From Candidatus Aenigmatarchaeota archaeon (lineage in GTDB: Archaea > Aenigmatarchaeota > Aenigmatarchaeia > Aenigmatarchaeales > Aenigmatarchaeaceae): 64,000 bases of DNA. The notes under the pieces were generated by a model that did no database searches, was not told the origin of the DNA, and saw only the letters and a program-made list of their open reading frames with translations. The translations under genes were made by a program, and so were the position numbers. Below are positions 1 through 9,161 of the stretch, one piece after another (position 1 is the stretch's first letter; the number at the start of each line of letters is the position of its first letter). The stretch spans positions 9,116 through 73,115 of the forward strand of contig JAFGAZ010000004.1 of the NCBI GenBank assembly GCA_016933455.1, written 5' to 3'.

Positions 1-418
1 TCGGCGTTCGCTATGTCACCTTTGAAGTAAAGCATGTTTTTCATCTTTTCTTTGAACGGCAATTTTTTCATCTGTTTGTAGTCTTCGTCGTCATTCGACA
101 TGTAATAATTCACAATTAAATCGAAAAGACTTTTCAAATAAACCCTGCTAACTTCCCTTTCTAGTTCCACGATGCCGAAAGAATTAAACCCCGCTTCCTT
201 TGCGCTTTTTACAGCAGACAGAAGATGTTTCTTACAGTCAGATACGTCCCCGCTGTTTAAGATGTCTTTGGCTTTTTTAATGGAATCCTTGTATTCCAGC
301 TTGTTTAGGCTTCTAACAAGAGGCTGGAAATAGTCAGGAAGGTTTTCGACTTCCAAGCTGGCGTTTATCAGGTTGAGTCTTGCCTGTTTCGGCCTTTCTA
401 GGGCAATGTTTTTCTTCA
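1..418 (-). CDS. Hypothetical protein, C-terminal part (runs off the left edge of the window).
   Basis: Translating the minus strand by hand from the ATG at 418 gives an open frame of at least 139 aa with no stops (MKKNIALERPKQARLNL...). The ORF track omits it because it is partial. Confidence 0.5.
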
Positions 419-540
419 TTTTGTGCCAACATGAGACCAGGTATTTTTCGGTATCAATACCCATAAAGATATTTTCAAAGCCAGCAATTTAAGTGGGATA
501 TATTTTTAAGTCTTAAGTTGGAACTATTATTGGTACCAAT

Positions 541-1002
541 ATGTCCGAAATTGTAAGAGGCTTTCTAAAGCATAAGGGGGCTAAGAACAGAGAAAAAACT
601 AGAATCAAGAACAAGGTAGCTGATTCCTATGTCGCCCTTATCAAGACGATGCTGGACAAAATGGAATGGTACCATTCTTTCGAAATTAGAAATCCTGTTG
701 ATGATTCTGAAATAATAATAAGCAAAGAGTTGGCCAGAAAGCCGGGGCTTTTCGGGGAAAAGTGGTCCATGCCGGGCTATCTTTTTAACATGTGGAAAAG
801 TATTAGCAACGGCAGATACAATTCCAAAAAAATCGGCATTTCTCTTGACGACTTGGAGAAAAGCAAGCATTATGAAAAAGTCACCAAAGAGGACGTCTTG
901 GATACCTATCAAAAGATAGAACATCTCTTGGAGGAGAACAAGAAACAGACTAAAAATTATCGGTCCAAGACCATGTATGAGATTCTAAACCAAAAAGCCT
1001 AG
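541..1002 (+). CDS. Hypothetical protein, 153 aa.
   Basis: Clean ORF with no recognisable motifs and a T-rich stretch after the stop. Confidence 0.45.
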   Translation: MSEIVRGFLKHKGAKNREKTRIKNKVADSYVALIKTMLDKMEWYHSFEIRNPVDDSEIIISKELARKPGLFGEKWSMPGYLFNMWKSISNGRYNSKKIGISLDDLEKSKHYEKVTKEDVLDTYQKIEHLLEENKKQTKNYRSKTMYEILNQKA

Positions 1003-1292
1003 GAGGATTTGTTTTTTGGCAGATAAGACGACAAATCTTTCAAAATCTTGTCGCGCTTAATTCTTATGTCGTTAAGAAAAGTGTTGTATTCGTTTTCTTC
1101 TAGTCCTTTTTCTTCCTTGTACTCGTCTAGAAACTTCTTGTTCAGATCGAATGAAGAGTTGATTTGATTGGAATATATTTCAATAAGATCAATTTTTTCT
1201 TCGTCTGTAAATTTTAAGCTTCCGAGTATCCTTACGGCGTTTCTGTATGTGACGCCCATTGAATCATTGCAGACTTCGACTATTTCTGACAT
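999..1292 (-). CDS. Hypothetical small acidic protein, 97 aa.
   Basis: ORF with an A-rich TATA-like motif (aaagaaatttaagc, 1309-1322) about 17-30 nt upstream of its start. Confidence 0.45.
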   Translation of the reverse strand: MSEIVEVCNDSMGVTYRNAVRILGSLKFTDEEKIDLIEIYSNQINSSFDLNKKFLDEYKEEKGLEENEYNTFLNDIRIKRDKILKDLSSYLPKNKSS

Positions 1293-1325
1293 GCAACTAA
1301 TTATACATAAAGAAATTTAAGCTTG

Positions 1326-1993
1326 TTATTTGGCCAGAAGCCTGTATATGGCATAAGCCCCAAAATCCGGGTGGCTGTCTTCTCTGACAAGCAGACCTTT
1401 TGCATTTTTTATCATGTCATTTGGAACATTCTTTCCCACTTTCTTTGTTATTTCTATAGTGTCTTTTACAGAAACGTTTCTTTTTTCTGACAATTCAAGA
1501 AATTTACTGGGCCTGTTTTCCTCTATTTCAGGGCAATTTTCTATTATGTACGAAGATTCCGGTTCGTTTCGCCTTTTGAAAACAATGCCCAAAGGAAGCT
1601 GCTTTGTAACTTCAGAATCTTCCAAATACCACGGCTCTGTCATCAGCATGTATTCATGATTTCCACACAAAGTGCAAGAAAGCAGGTGCATTTCAGCAAA
1701 GGCTTGATGCTTTTTCTGTCCTTTCTTCCGGGCTTGCACAATTTAGGTTCTGCTATCACCGCTACCTCTTTTGGCTGCTTTCCTTCATAACCAAAAATAT
1801 GGGTGGCTTTCTTTTTTTCAAACAAACTAGACTTTAGATTTTTCTCGTTTATGCATGCATTTGTTTCGTATACAACGTCAGGATTTGCAGGAAAAACCCA
1901 ATAACCTGATTTGGTTTTACCTGTAGCGAATCTACAGTTGCTCCAGCAACCATCCGTCTTGGGCTCTATTGTACCAGGAAATATTTCTTTCAT
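1326..1993 (-). pseudogene. Cysteine-containing hypothetical gene split into two overlapping frames (1643..1993 and 1326..1739). Either a frameshifted pseudogene or an indel sequencing error at a homopolymer.
   Basis: Both ORFs are on the same strand and overlap by 97 nt. Both halves read as protein-like sequence (GCWSNCRF... and HLLSCTLCGNHEYM). The frame switches at a T5/A5 run around 1712-1716. Confidence 0.35.
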
Positions 1994-2010
1994 AAAAAAG
2001 CACCTTCCTA

Positions 2011-2024
2011 ATTAGAACGAAAAA
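2011..2024. promoter_or_regulatory. A/T-rich TATA-like promoter element (aaaataatttaaac) upstream of the minus-strand gene that starts at 1993.
   Basis: This is one copy of a motif (AAAARATTTAAR) found 17-33 nt upstream of many start codons in the window. Confidence 0.4.
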
Positions 2025-2078
2025 TAATTTAAACGAACTTTAAAAAAGCTTAAGAGTTGAAAACAACCTGATTATAGT

Positions 2079-2318
2079 ATGGCAAGTAAAAAGGCAACCA
2101 AGAAAAAGAGCAGCACCTACAACATAAAATGCACTGTAAAAGACAGCGTTAGCAATAACGGCAACGGTGGGGCTTTCTATTTTTTGGGATTCGTAGCAGC
2201 CCTGATATACTATGTGACAACCGCGCCGACCTTTTGGGACGCAGTTATTGGCTTCCTTAAGGCGATCGTATGGCCGGCGTTTCTCGTATTCGGGGCATTC
2301 CAGTTCCTAGCGCTTTAG
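2079..2318 (+). CDS. Small membrane protein, 79 aa, with two predicted TM helices.
   Basis: A lysine-rich N-terminus is followed by two hydrophobic helices, and a T-rich run follows the stop. Confidence 0.5.
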   Translation: MASKKATKKKSSTYNIKCTVKDSVSNNGNGGAFYFLGFVAALIYYVTTAPTFWDAVIGFLKAIVWPAFLVFGAFQFLAL

Positions 2319-2321
2319 CTA

Positions 2322-2341
2322 GGCTATTTTTTTTCTTTTTT
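2322..2341 (+). terminator. Putative archaeal T-rich terminator.
   Basis: The sequence ctattttttttcttttttag lies immediately after the stop codon of the 2079..2318 gene. Confidence 0.35.
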
Positions 2342-2355
2342 AGAATTTTCAAAAT

Positions 2356-2586
2356 CTAGCGAGGCATATAGTTGCTGCCATATCTTACCAAATGTCCTCT
2401 TTTTAGAAGAGTTTCTAAAACAGAACCCATGTTGCCAACTTCTCCAAAAGCTTCTTCAAGTTCATCTTTGCTATAAGGCTTTTTTTCAAGGTTTTTCAAT
2501 TCCTGGACGTATTTGCTAAAGCGCTTCTTGTCGTTTTTGTTCATTATATCACTCGAAAAAATATTGTTAAAAATTAACCGATGCAA
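2356..2586 (-). CDS. Small hypothetical protein, possibly wHTH-like. It probably starts at the internal Met at about 2541.
   Basis: ORF whose C-terminal segment (ELEEAFGEVGNMGSVLETLLKRGHLVRYGS) has a helix-turn-wing appearance. Confidence 0.35.
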   Translation of the reverse strand: MHRLIFNNIFSSDIMNKNDKKRFSKYVQELKNLEKKPYSKDELEEAFGEVGNMGSVLETLLKRGHLVRYGSNYMPR

Positions 2587-2888
2587 CTAAGAAGAGGCAC
2601 TTTTTGGTTTTCATTTATATTTTCTTTAGCTTCTGATACATAAACTCTTTTCCCGGGCCACTTTGTCTTGTGAAACATAATCCCGTACGTTTCTTTAGAG
2701 AAAGATAGTTCTTCGTCGCCTATTTTGATACCTTGCCCTCTGGCGAGATAGCCTTTTCCGTTGTTTGTTAGAACATTTTCTTGCTGAAGGGACTTTACTA
2801 ATGTCCAATAAATTGTAGATTTATCCCCTTTCTTTTGCATTTCTACCAAATCTTTCAAATCTTCAAAAATCATATCAAAAATGCGCAC
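2574..2888 (-). CDS. Hypothetical protein, 104 aa.
   Basis: ORF with the TATA-like motif aaagaaatttaaatg at 2896-2910 just upstream. Confidence 0.45.
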   Translation of the reverse strand: MRIFDMIFEDLKDLVEMQKKGDKSTIYWTLVKSLQQENVLTNNGKGYLARGQGIKIGDEELSFSKETYGIMFHKTKWPGKRVYVSEAKENINENQKVPLLSCIG

Positions 2889-2917
2889 TAAAGAAATTTA
2901 AATGTTATTTTTGTCAA

Positions 2918-3044
2918 TTCTGCAGACCCTTTGAGCCCATGACAGTAGTTCTTAGCATGTCCATGTATGCATCCGAATAGAAAACCTCTTCAGCAGAGCC
3001 TTCCCTTTGCTCCTTGCCAAACTTTTCCATGAATAATTTTCGCA
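2918..3044 (-). CDS. Possible unannotated micro-protein of 43 aa (MRKLFMEKFGKEQREGSAEEVFYSDAYMDMLRTTVMGSKGLQN).
   Basis: Hand translation of the 276-bp intergenic gap gives an ATG...TGA frame. It is below the ORF-track length cutoff. Confidence 0.2.
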
Positions 3045-3166
3045 TTTTTACCACCCCTTTTAAACAGGATTAAGAAAAGACCGCAAAAAACGGCCTATGT
3101 TCGCCCTATACATAATATAGCGCTTGATACACTTAAAGATTTTGAGAAAATTTTGGAATTTCTATG

Positions 3167-3439
3167 TCACTTGCACCATTTCGATAGGTCCCCGCTGTCA
3201 AAAGACTCTGGAACATCCAAGGACTTGCCTATGAAGGTTATGTCCAAGACATCCTCCCCTGAGCACTGCACCAGAAGGTCCCTTAGAACGCAGTTGCCCT
3301 GCCTGTCGCATGACTTGATGGTTCTTGTGTAGGAATGATACTGAGGCTGGTCTCTTAAGGCAAAGGCAGCCACGCTGCAGATTGTCAGCAGTATGAGAAA
3401 AACACCAATTAGCCTCAGATTTTTGACCATGCCATTCAC
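3167..3439 (-). CDS. Small secreted protein, 90 aa, with six cysteines.
   Basis: The N-terminus looks like a signal peptide (LRLIGVFLILLTICSVAAFA), and the mature part has several Cys residues. Confidence 0.55.
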   Translation of the reverse strand: MNGMVKNLRLIGVFLILLTICSVAAFALRDQPQYHSYTRTIKSCDRQGNCVLRDLLVQCSGEDVLDITFIGKSLDVPESFDSGDLSKWCK

Positions 3440-3480
3440 TCTATATCACTCTAAGGTAGTAAATCTTTAAATAGATTTCT

Positions 3481-4023
3481 GTGCACTATATGTTCATGAT
3501 AACGCAGAATCAAAGGAACGTTTTTGTTCCTGACGGCAGGATCGTCCACATAGACACAATAAACAGGCTAAGGCAAGACGATGCCTGGAAGGGCGCGGTT
3601 CAGCACCTAGAGCAGGGCCTTTTGGGCCTTGGCATAAGGTACGAGGACAAGCGACCTGTTGTGATAAAGACTACGGACGAGAGCGCCAGAAGGGAGATTG
3701 TTGAATTAAGAAGGCAGCTAAGGGACATGAAGCGCATGCTTTGCTACAAAAGACCTGCTGCAGAAAACGCCATAAAATCTAGCGTCCTGGAGATGAACGA
3801 GAAGGTCGCCGAGCTAAGACAAGAGATGAAGAAGCTAAACAAGGTGCCTTTGCAAAAGGCTGTTGAAAGCAAGACAGAAGTCAAAAAAACCAAACCAAGG
3901 CATAGCAAGAAATCTTCAAAAAAGACAAGCATCCAAATTTCCAACGAGTTCAAGCAGCTACTCAAGGCAATGAAGGGTGAGATGACATACGAAGAGCTTC
4001 TCAAGGAAAGAATGTGCGCTTAG
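3481..4023 (+). CDS. Hypothetical coiled-coil protein, 180 aa, with a very basic C-terminus.
   Basis: ORF with charged heptad-like segments. No family was recognised. Confidence 0.5.
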   Translation: MHYMFMITQNQRNVFVPDGRIVHIDTINRLRQDDAWKGAVQHLEQGLLGLGIRYEDKRPVVIKTTDESARREIVELRRQLRDMKRMLCYKRPAAENAIKSSVLEMNEKVAELRQEMKKLNKVPLQKAVESKTEVKKTKPRHSKKSSKKTSIQISNEFKQLLKAMKGEMTYEELLKERMCA

Positions 4024-4060
4024 TCTAACATTTATCTTTTAATTCTTTACTAAATTTCTT

Positions 4061-4363
4061 ATGGAAATAACCCTGACAACCATACTGTTTTTGGGCCTTT
4101 ACGGCATTGGCCTTCTGACCCTCTACAAGGTCATGAGGCTTGGCTGCAAGATAGACGATGTCAAAAAGTCAAACGGCACATACCAGCCTTCCGTGACATT
4201 GTGGAAGTTTCTCTTGCAGATACTTTTCGGGGGCTCGTCTCTGGTAATTTTGGACGTTGCCAGCAACTATGTGACGCAGCTGCAGAATCTAAACTCCCCG
4301 ATAACCGTGGTCATACTAATAGCAATTCTAAACGCAGTGTCCAACTATATCAAGAACAGATAG
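4061..4363 (+). CDS. Membrane protein, 100 aa.
   Basis: Two to three hydrophobic helices. Confidence 0.5.
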   Translation: MEITLTTILFLGLYGIGLLTLYKVMRLGCKIDDVKKSNGTYQPSVTLWKFLLQILFGGSSLVILDVASNYVTQLQNLNSPITVVILIAILNAVSNYIKNR

Positions 4364-4367
4364 GAAA

Positions 4368-4979
4368 TTATTTTTTCATGGCTTCTTCCATAGCCTTTAG
4401 CTTGCAGCTAGGTATTAGCATTTTGCCTTCTTTCGCATACCTTTTAGCTTCCTTTATGTTGAACTCTGCAAACGTGTAATCGTCATGTTCGATGCCGTTT
4501 TTGGCAGCTGCTAGATGCGCCTTTATCTTTTCATTGTAGTTTGTCTTTTCCAATGGCGCTTCCTCTGAAAAGACGTGGTAAAATTCGGACATGCCTTCTA
4601 GGATTGCCCCTGCTGAAATTGAAGCCGTTGGAAGTAAAGCGTTAGCATCACCTGCGGCAAAGTTAAATGCGCCAGCAGCCAAAGCACACAGACCAACTCC
4701 GATGTCAACTGCTCCTAAAACCTTGTTTAGATTTTTCTCCTTTCCCTTTCTTGTTAGAAGACGCGCACCGTTGTATGCCGCAAGGGCCATGTTCGCATTA
4801 GAACCAGAAATTAGATAAGCAACAGTTGACGCGGCCTCTAGAGCGTGTCCTGCTATTTTGGATTTCTTTTCTGAAAACTTGGGAGCGCTTTCAAAAAACT
4901 CTTTGTAAGAATCGTTGCCGATTTCAGTAAAAATGCTTTTTACGCTTTCCAATTTCCTATACATTGCTTGATATTTCAC
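4368..4979 (-). CDS. Hypothetical protein, 203 aa, with a central Gly/Ala-rich hydrophobic hairpin.
   Basis: ORF whose central segment GAVDIGVGLCALAAGAFNFAAGDANALL resembles a glycine-zipper membrane hairpin. The flanks are amphipathic helices. Confidence 0.5.
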   Translation of the reverse strand: MKYQAMYRKLESVKSIFTEIGNDSYKEFFESAPKFSEKKSKIAGHALEAASTVAYLISGSNANMALAAYNGARLLTRKGKEKNLNKVLGAVDIGVGLCALAAGAFNFAAGDANALLPTASISAGAILEGMSEFYHVFSEEAPLEKTNYNEKIKAHLAAAKNGIEHDDYTFAEFNIKEAKRYAKEGKMLIPSCKLKAMEEAMKK

Positions 4980-4997
4980 ATGAAAAGAATTTAAGCG

Positions 4998-5252
4998 CTA
5001 TCTCTGGGCAGCCTCGAGCCTTCTTGCTTCCCTCATTTCTTCCTCAAGAGTTGTCAGCTTTATCTTCCTTTTCGGGCTCTCGCTTATTGTCTGCCTCATA
5101 GATGTCAGATACCCGCCTGTTACAAGGCACGCTATGGCGAATGCTATCAGCAGGTCGTTTGGTATGCCCATGTAGGAGAACGCAAGAATTGCAACAGCGC
5201 ATACATACGCCATGCTGTACATGAGCTTCGAGTAAAGGTACCTGTGCTTCAT
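4998..5252 (-). CDS. Small membrane protein, 84 aa.
   Basis: Two TM helices followed by a charged C-terminus. It is co-oriented with 4368..4979 and only 19 nt away. Confidence 0.45.
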   Translation of the reverse strand: MKHRYLYSKLMYSMAYVCAVAILAFSYMGIPNDLLIAFAIACLVTGGYLTSMRQTISESPKRKIKLTTLEEEMREARRLEAAQR

Positions 5253-5333
5253 ACTAGAAATAATGAAAAACTAGAATAAAAGCATGCCTTTTTTGTGCAC
5301 CATTTAAGTTCCAGAAAAACAAAAATAACCCTT

Positions 5334-6008
5334 ATGATAAAGGCAGTTCTTTTCGATCTTGACAACACCTTGGTCGATTTCATGCGCATGAAGACCATTA
5401 GCTGCGAGGCCGCAATAGACGCCATGATAAAGGCCGGCCTTGACATGGAAAAGAAAAAGGCAATGGACACTTTGTTTTACCTCTATGACAAGAAGGGTCT
5501 CGAGTACCAGAAGATATTCCAGCTTTTCCTAAGGCATGTCACAGGAAAGGTGGACTATGGCATAATGGCATGCGGCATAGTGGCCTACAGGAGGGTAAAG
5601 GACGGCCTAATCTACCCGTACAAGAACGTTATTCCCACGCTAAACAAAATCAAGAAAAAACGCAAGATAATAATTCTTTCCAACGCCCCGAGAATTCAGG
5701 CATGGCTTAGGCTTGCCGCAATGGGCATGCACGACATGTTCGAGCATGTCATAACATTCGATGACACAAAGGTGAGAAAGCCGGGAAAGGAGCCTTTCCT
5801 ATACGCTCTAAAGAAGCTAAAGCTAAAGCCTGAGGAGTGTCTGATGGTTGGAGATTCTCTTGGCGGAGACATACTTCCTGCCAAGAAGATGGGCTTTAAG
5901 ACAGCGTATGCCAAATACGGCTTTGACCCCACCATGTGCGAGGTGTCAAAGGTGAAGGCCGACTATGTTCTAGAAGACATAAAGGACTTGCTCAAGATTT
6001 TAGAATAA
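5334..6008 (+). CDS. HAD-superfamily hydrolase (phosphatase).
   Basis: The N-terminal DxD motif VLFDLDNTLVDF is HAD motif I, and a later GDS..D segment is motif IV. The start is taken at Met14 of the tracked ORF (MIKAVLFD). Confidence 0.8.
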   Translation: MIKAVLFDLDNTLVDFMRMKTISCEAAIDAMIKAGLDMEKKKAMDTLFYLYDKKGLEYQKIFQLFLRHVTGKVDYGIMACGIVAYRRVKDGLIYPYKNVIPTLNKIKKKRKIIILSNAPRIQAWLRLAAMGMHDMFEHVITFDDTKVRKPGKEPFLYALKKLKLKPEECLMVGDSLGGDILPAKKMGFKTAYAKYGFDPTMCEVSKVKADYVLEDIKDLLKILE

Positions 6009-6269
6009 TCATATATTCTTTATTGCCATTGTCATAAGACCAATTTTGGAAGGTATTCCTATCCTTTCAAACTTTTTCACAAAACCTTCGTAAATGTTTT
6101 TTGCAGGACAGTTTCCATTCCTTCCGTTATTGCTGCATGGACCAAAGTTCTGGCAATAATTTGAAGAGAAATGTATCTTGCTTTTCATATCATCATTCAT
6201 TATTTCTTCAATTGAAAAATTCTTCAAAGCCTCTACACAAAGATTTCTGTATTGACATCCGTTTGCCAT
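6009..6269 (-). CDS. Hypothetical Cys-rich small protein, 86 aa.
   Basis: ORF with several Cys residues (CQYRNLC, CQNFGPC, GNC) and no recognised family. Confidence 0.35.
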   Translation of the reverse strand: MANGCQYRNLCVEALKNFSIEEIMNDDMKSKIHFSSNYCQNFGPCSNNGRNGNCPAKNIYEGFVKKFERIGIPSKIGLMTMAIKNI

Positions 6270-6430
6270 AAAATAAAGTGCAAACTAACAAATTTAAATT
6301 GAAAAATGCTTTGGAAAAAATATGTTAAATTTAAATTGCTTTTTTGCAAGAATATTTATGGAAAACAAAACTATCAAAGTAGACTACATAGTGTAATGAT
6401 AATTTAAAATTCAAATTACCTTATTTCTTT

Positions 6431-7099
6431 ATGAAAATCAAGATAGTTTTTGTCGACATGGACGGCACGATTGTTGACTATCCCCACGGGGAATACGGCT
6501 CAAGCTGGGATGCTGTCATGTATGCTGCCAACAAACAAAAACAAAGCAAGAAATTTCTCGATTACTATCTTCCCAAACCGGAACTATACTGCGAGTGGCA
6601 CGAAAAGGCGTGCGCCTTGCTAAAGGATGTTCAAGTGGGTGTTGTGGAGGATGCTATTCTCCCGCCATCGTATTCTCCTGGCGCAAAAGAACTTTTCAGG
6701 GGGCTTAAGAGAAATGGAATTGTTCGCGGCATCTTGTCTTCGGGTACAAACCCCCCTGCCAAATACATAGAAAAGGACATAGATGCGGATTTTTGCTTTT
6801 GCAACGAGTTTTTGCAAAAGGACGGCGTCTTTACTGGAATCGGCCTTAACCGCGTTCCCATGTGGGACAAGAAGCTTACTTTGAAAGAAATATGTCAAAG
6901 GTATGGAATATGTCCGGACAGCAAAGGCATCTTCAAGGATGCTGCAATGATAGGCGATAGCGGAAACGACATTGATGTTTTCAAAGCAGTGGGCACAAGC
7001 ATAGCCTTCAAGCCCAAGGACAAGAAAGTAGCAGATGCTGCTGACTATGTTGTCGAGGATTTGTCACACGCATTAGAAATAATAAGAAACATCACATGA
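6431..7099 (+). CDS. HAD-superfamily hydrolase (Cof/phosphoserine-phosphatase-like).
   Basis: IVFVDMDGTIVD is HAD motif I and GDSGNDIDVF is motif IV. Confidence 0.8.
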   Translation: MKIKIVFVDMDGTIVDYPHGEYGSSWDAVMYAANKQKQSKKFLDYYLPKPELYCEWHEKACALLKDVQVGVVEDAILPPSYSPGAKELFRGLKRNGIVRGILSSGTNPPAKYIEKDIDADFCFCNEFLQKDGVFTGIGLNRVPMWDKKLTLKEICQRYGICPDSKGIFKDAAMIGDSGNDIDVFKAVGTSIAFKPKDKKVADAADYVVEDLSHALEIIRNIT

Positions 7100-7532
7100 T
7101 CTTGTCGGCAAGCTCTTCTGCCCATATGTTTGCTGCGCTCAAATCGAACTTGTCTGCAACTGTCTTGAAAAGAATCCTGAACCTGCCCCCGAAAACGCCC
7201 ACAGACATTATGCCGAGTTCCGGGTTTGTCTTCATAATCTTCCCGACATACTTTTCCATGACTTGCTTTTTCGGCTGGAGCGTTGAAAAGAAAAGAGCAA
7301 CCCTTTTTCCCTTCATGTCTTTTCTTAGAAACTTTAGAATGTTCTTGTACATCCTGCCCGCGCGAACACCCGTGCCCACGACTATCGTGCTGTACTCTGA
7401 AACCTCGGGCATCTTCTTGGCAACGTTGAACACGTCAGTGACTATGCCCCTGTTTCTTAGGGCCTTTGTTATTGCCAGGGCGTATTCCTTTGTGGTGTCG
7501 CCTTTTGATTCGAACGCTACAAGCACTTTCAT
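7092..7532 (-). CDS. Flavodoxin-like fold protein, 146 aa.
   Basis: MKVLVAFESKGDTT followed by an alternating beta/alpha pattern typical of flavodoxin-like domains. Confidence 0.55.
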   Translation of the reverse strand: MKVLVAFESKGDTTKEYALAITKALRNRGIVTDVFNVAKKMPEVSEYSTIVVGTGVRAGRMYKNILKFLRKDMKGKRVALFFSTLQPKKQVMEKYVGKIMKTNPELGIMSVGVFGGRFRILFKTVADKFDLSAANIWAEELADKIM

Positions 7533-7550
7533 AATAAAGATATGTCAACC

Positions 7551-7564
7551 GAATTTAAATAAAA
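7551..7564. promoter_or_regulatory. Symmetric TATA-like element (gaatttaaataaaa) shared by the divergent genes starting at 7532 (-) and 7583 (+).
   Basis: The palindromic core AATTTAAAT sits about 19-32 nt from both start codons in a 50-bp divergent gap. Confidence 0.4.
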
Positions 7565-7582
7565 TCAACTCTTTCTATCATT

Positions 7583-8263
7583 ATGAGACTGGGTGTTTTG
7601 TTCTCAGGCGGCAAGGATTCGTGCTTTGCCTTAAGCAAGGCAAAGGATGATAACGAGGTAGCCTGCCTGATATCGCTGTATTCCTCAAACAGCGAGAGCT
7701 TCATGTTCCACGTTCCGAACATAGAAATGACAAATATGCAGGCAGAGTCTCTTGGCATTCCGCTTATTCGCAAAGAGACAGAGGGCGAGAAGGAATCGGA
7801 GCTAAAGGACCTCGAGGATGTGGTTTTAGATGCCAAGGAAAAATACAAAATAGAGGGCATAGTGACGGGCGCGGTGAGGAGCATATACCAGGCAACAAGG
7901 ATACAAAAAATTTGCAAAAAGCTCGGACTTTGGTGCTTTAACCCTATCTGGCTAAATGACGAGGTCCAGCTATTGAAAGACATGCTTGATGCAAAAATGG
8001 AGATTGTCATATCAGGGGTTTTCGCATACCCTCTGGGCAGGGAGTTGCTTGGCAAGAAGCTCGATTTGGAAACAATCGAAAAGCTAGAGATGATGCAGAA
8101 AAAGCACAGCATAAACCCTGCAGGCGAGGGCGGCGAGCTTGAGACAACGGTCCTTGACATGCCCCTTTTCAGGAAAAAAATAATCATAGAGAAATCGTCA
8201 ACAAATTACGACAACTATTCCGGGACATTTGCAATAAAGCAGGCAAGGCTGGTGGACAAATGA
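7583..8263 (+). CDS. dph6: PP-loop ATPase of the MJ0570/Dph6 family (diphthine-ammonia ligase-like).
   Basis: SGGKDS PP-loop at the N-terminus and the GEGGELETTVLD motif characteristic of the ATP_bind_4/Dph6 family. Confidence 0.8.
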   Translation: MRLGVLFSGGKDSCFALSKAKDDNEVACLISLYSSNSESFMFHVPNIEMTNMQAESLGIPLIRKETEGEKESELKDLEDVVLDAKEKYKIEGIVTGAVRSIYQATRIQKICKKLGLWCFNPIWLNDEVQLLKDMLDAKMEIVISGVFAYPLGRELLGKKLDLETIEKLEMMQKKHSINPAGEGGELETTVLDMPLFRKKIIIEKSSTNYDNYSGTFAIKQARLVDK

Positions 8264-8781
8264 TATTGATATTGAGCACATGTCAGCATAGGCTAAGCGA
8301 GCTGGAGTTTGTCGAGCCCATGAAGGCAATTCTTAGAAATAAAGGCATTGAATTCGATTCAAGGCAGTATTCCCAAAAGTTCAAGCCAGAAAAGTACGAC
8401 AGGATAATAATTTGCGGCACTGCTCTGCAGGATTTCGACTACATGGACGATGTCGAAGAATTCAAGTGGATAGAGGAATATTCAGGAAAGTTGCTGGGGA
8501 TATGCTCGGGCGCCCAGATAATAGCGTCGATTTTCGGAGAAGTTCTTGAGGAAAAGACGGTGATAGGTAAAGGAAAGGTCATTATTGAAAAAGAAAACGC
8601 TTTATCTTCAGGAGAATTTGACTCGTATTTTCTTTTGTCAAAAGTTCCCATAATAAAAAATCTGAAAAAACTTGACAGAGAAGGGTTTGTTTTCAAAAAA
8701 GAGGACAGGGAAATTTACGGTGTACTGTTTCATCCCGAGGTTCTAAACAAAGAGATAATAGAAAATTTCTGTAAAAATTAA
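8260..8781 (+). CDS. Class I glutamine amidotransferase-like protein, 173 aa.
   Basis: GICSGAQ provides the nucleophile Cys in a Gx(C)xG elbow and FHPE provides the His/Glu of the triad. Its start overlaps the dph6 stop (ATGA at 8260-8263). Confidence 0.6.
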   Translation: MILILSTCQHRLSELEFVEPMKAILRNKGIEFDSRQYSQKFKPEKYDRIIICGTALQDFDYMDDVEEFKWIEEYSGKLLGICSGAQIIASIFGEVLEEKTVIGKGKVIIEKENALSSGEFDSYFLLSKVPIIKNLKKLDREGFVFKKEDREIYGVLFHPEVLNKEIIENFCKN

Positions 8782-8788
8782 ATCAAGA

Positions 8789-9124
8789 TCATCTAACTTC
8801 TACTATCTTGCCTTTATTGGTCCCTTTGCCCTTGATTATAGTGTCTGTCAATTTCAAAACGACTTTTGTTCCAACGTTTAGACTTCTGTATTCTTCCGTC
8901 TTTGTTACGTAAACATTGCTTTTTGCGGACGGGCAAAAAACTACGTATGTGTCAAAATCAATTTTGTTTATATGACCGTAAAAAAACTGTCCTGGTAACA
9001 GTTCAATTTTTTCTAGAAAATTAATATCGTCTCCCATTATTTTTGAAGTTCTGTAAATAGTTCTGGTGTTTCTTTTAAAGCTAGAGCTATTCACGCTCTT
9101 TGAAAATCTTCCTGCATTACTCAT
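8789..9124 (-). CDS. Hypothetical protein, 111 aa or less.
   Basis: ORF with the TATA-like motif aaagaaatttaaatc at 9143-9157 upstream. Confidence 0.4.
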   Translation of the reverse strand: MSNAGRFSKSVNSSSFKRNTRTIYRTSKIMGDDINFLEKIELLPGQFFYGHINKIDFDTYVVFCPSAKSNVYVTKTEEYRSLNVGTKVVLKLTDTIIKGKGTNKGKIVEVR

Positions 9125-9161
9125 TCCACATTCTTGTACACAAAGAAATTTAAATCTAATT

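Noticed and set aside
3481-5300. Locally higher GC, considered as a sign of a horizontally acquired island.
   Set aside because: The judgement is by eye only. There are no flanking repeats, tRNA or mobility genes, and it probably reflects protein composition. Confirming or dismissing it would need a sliding-window GC and codon-usage calculation.
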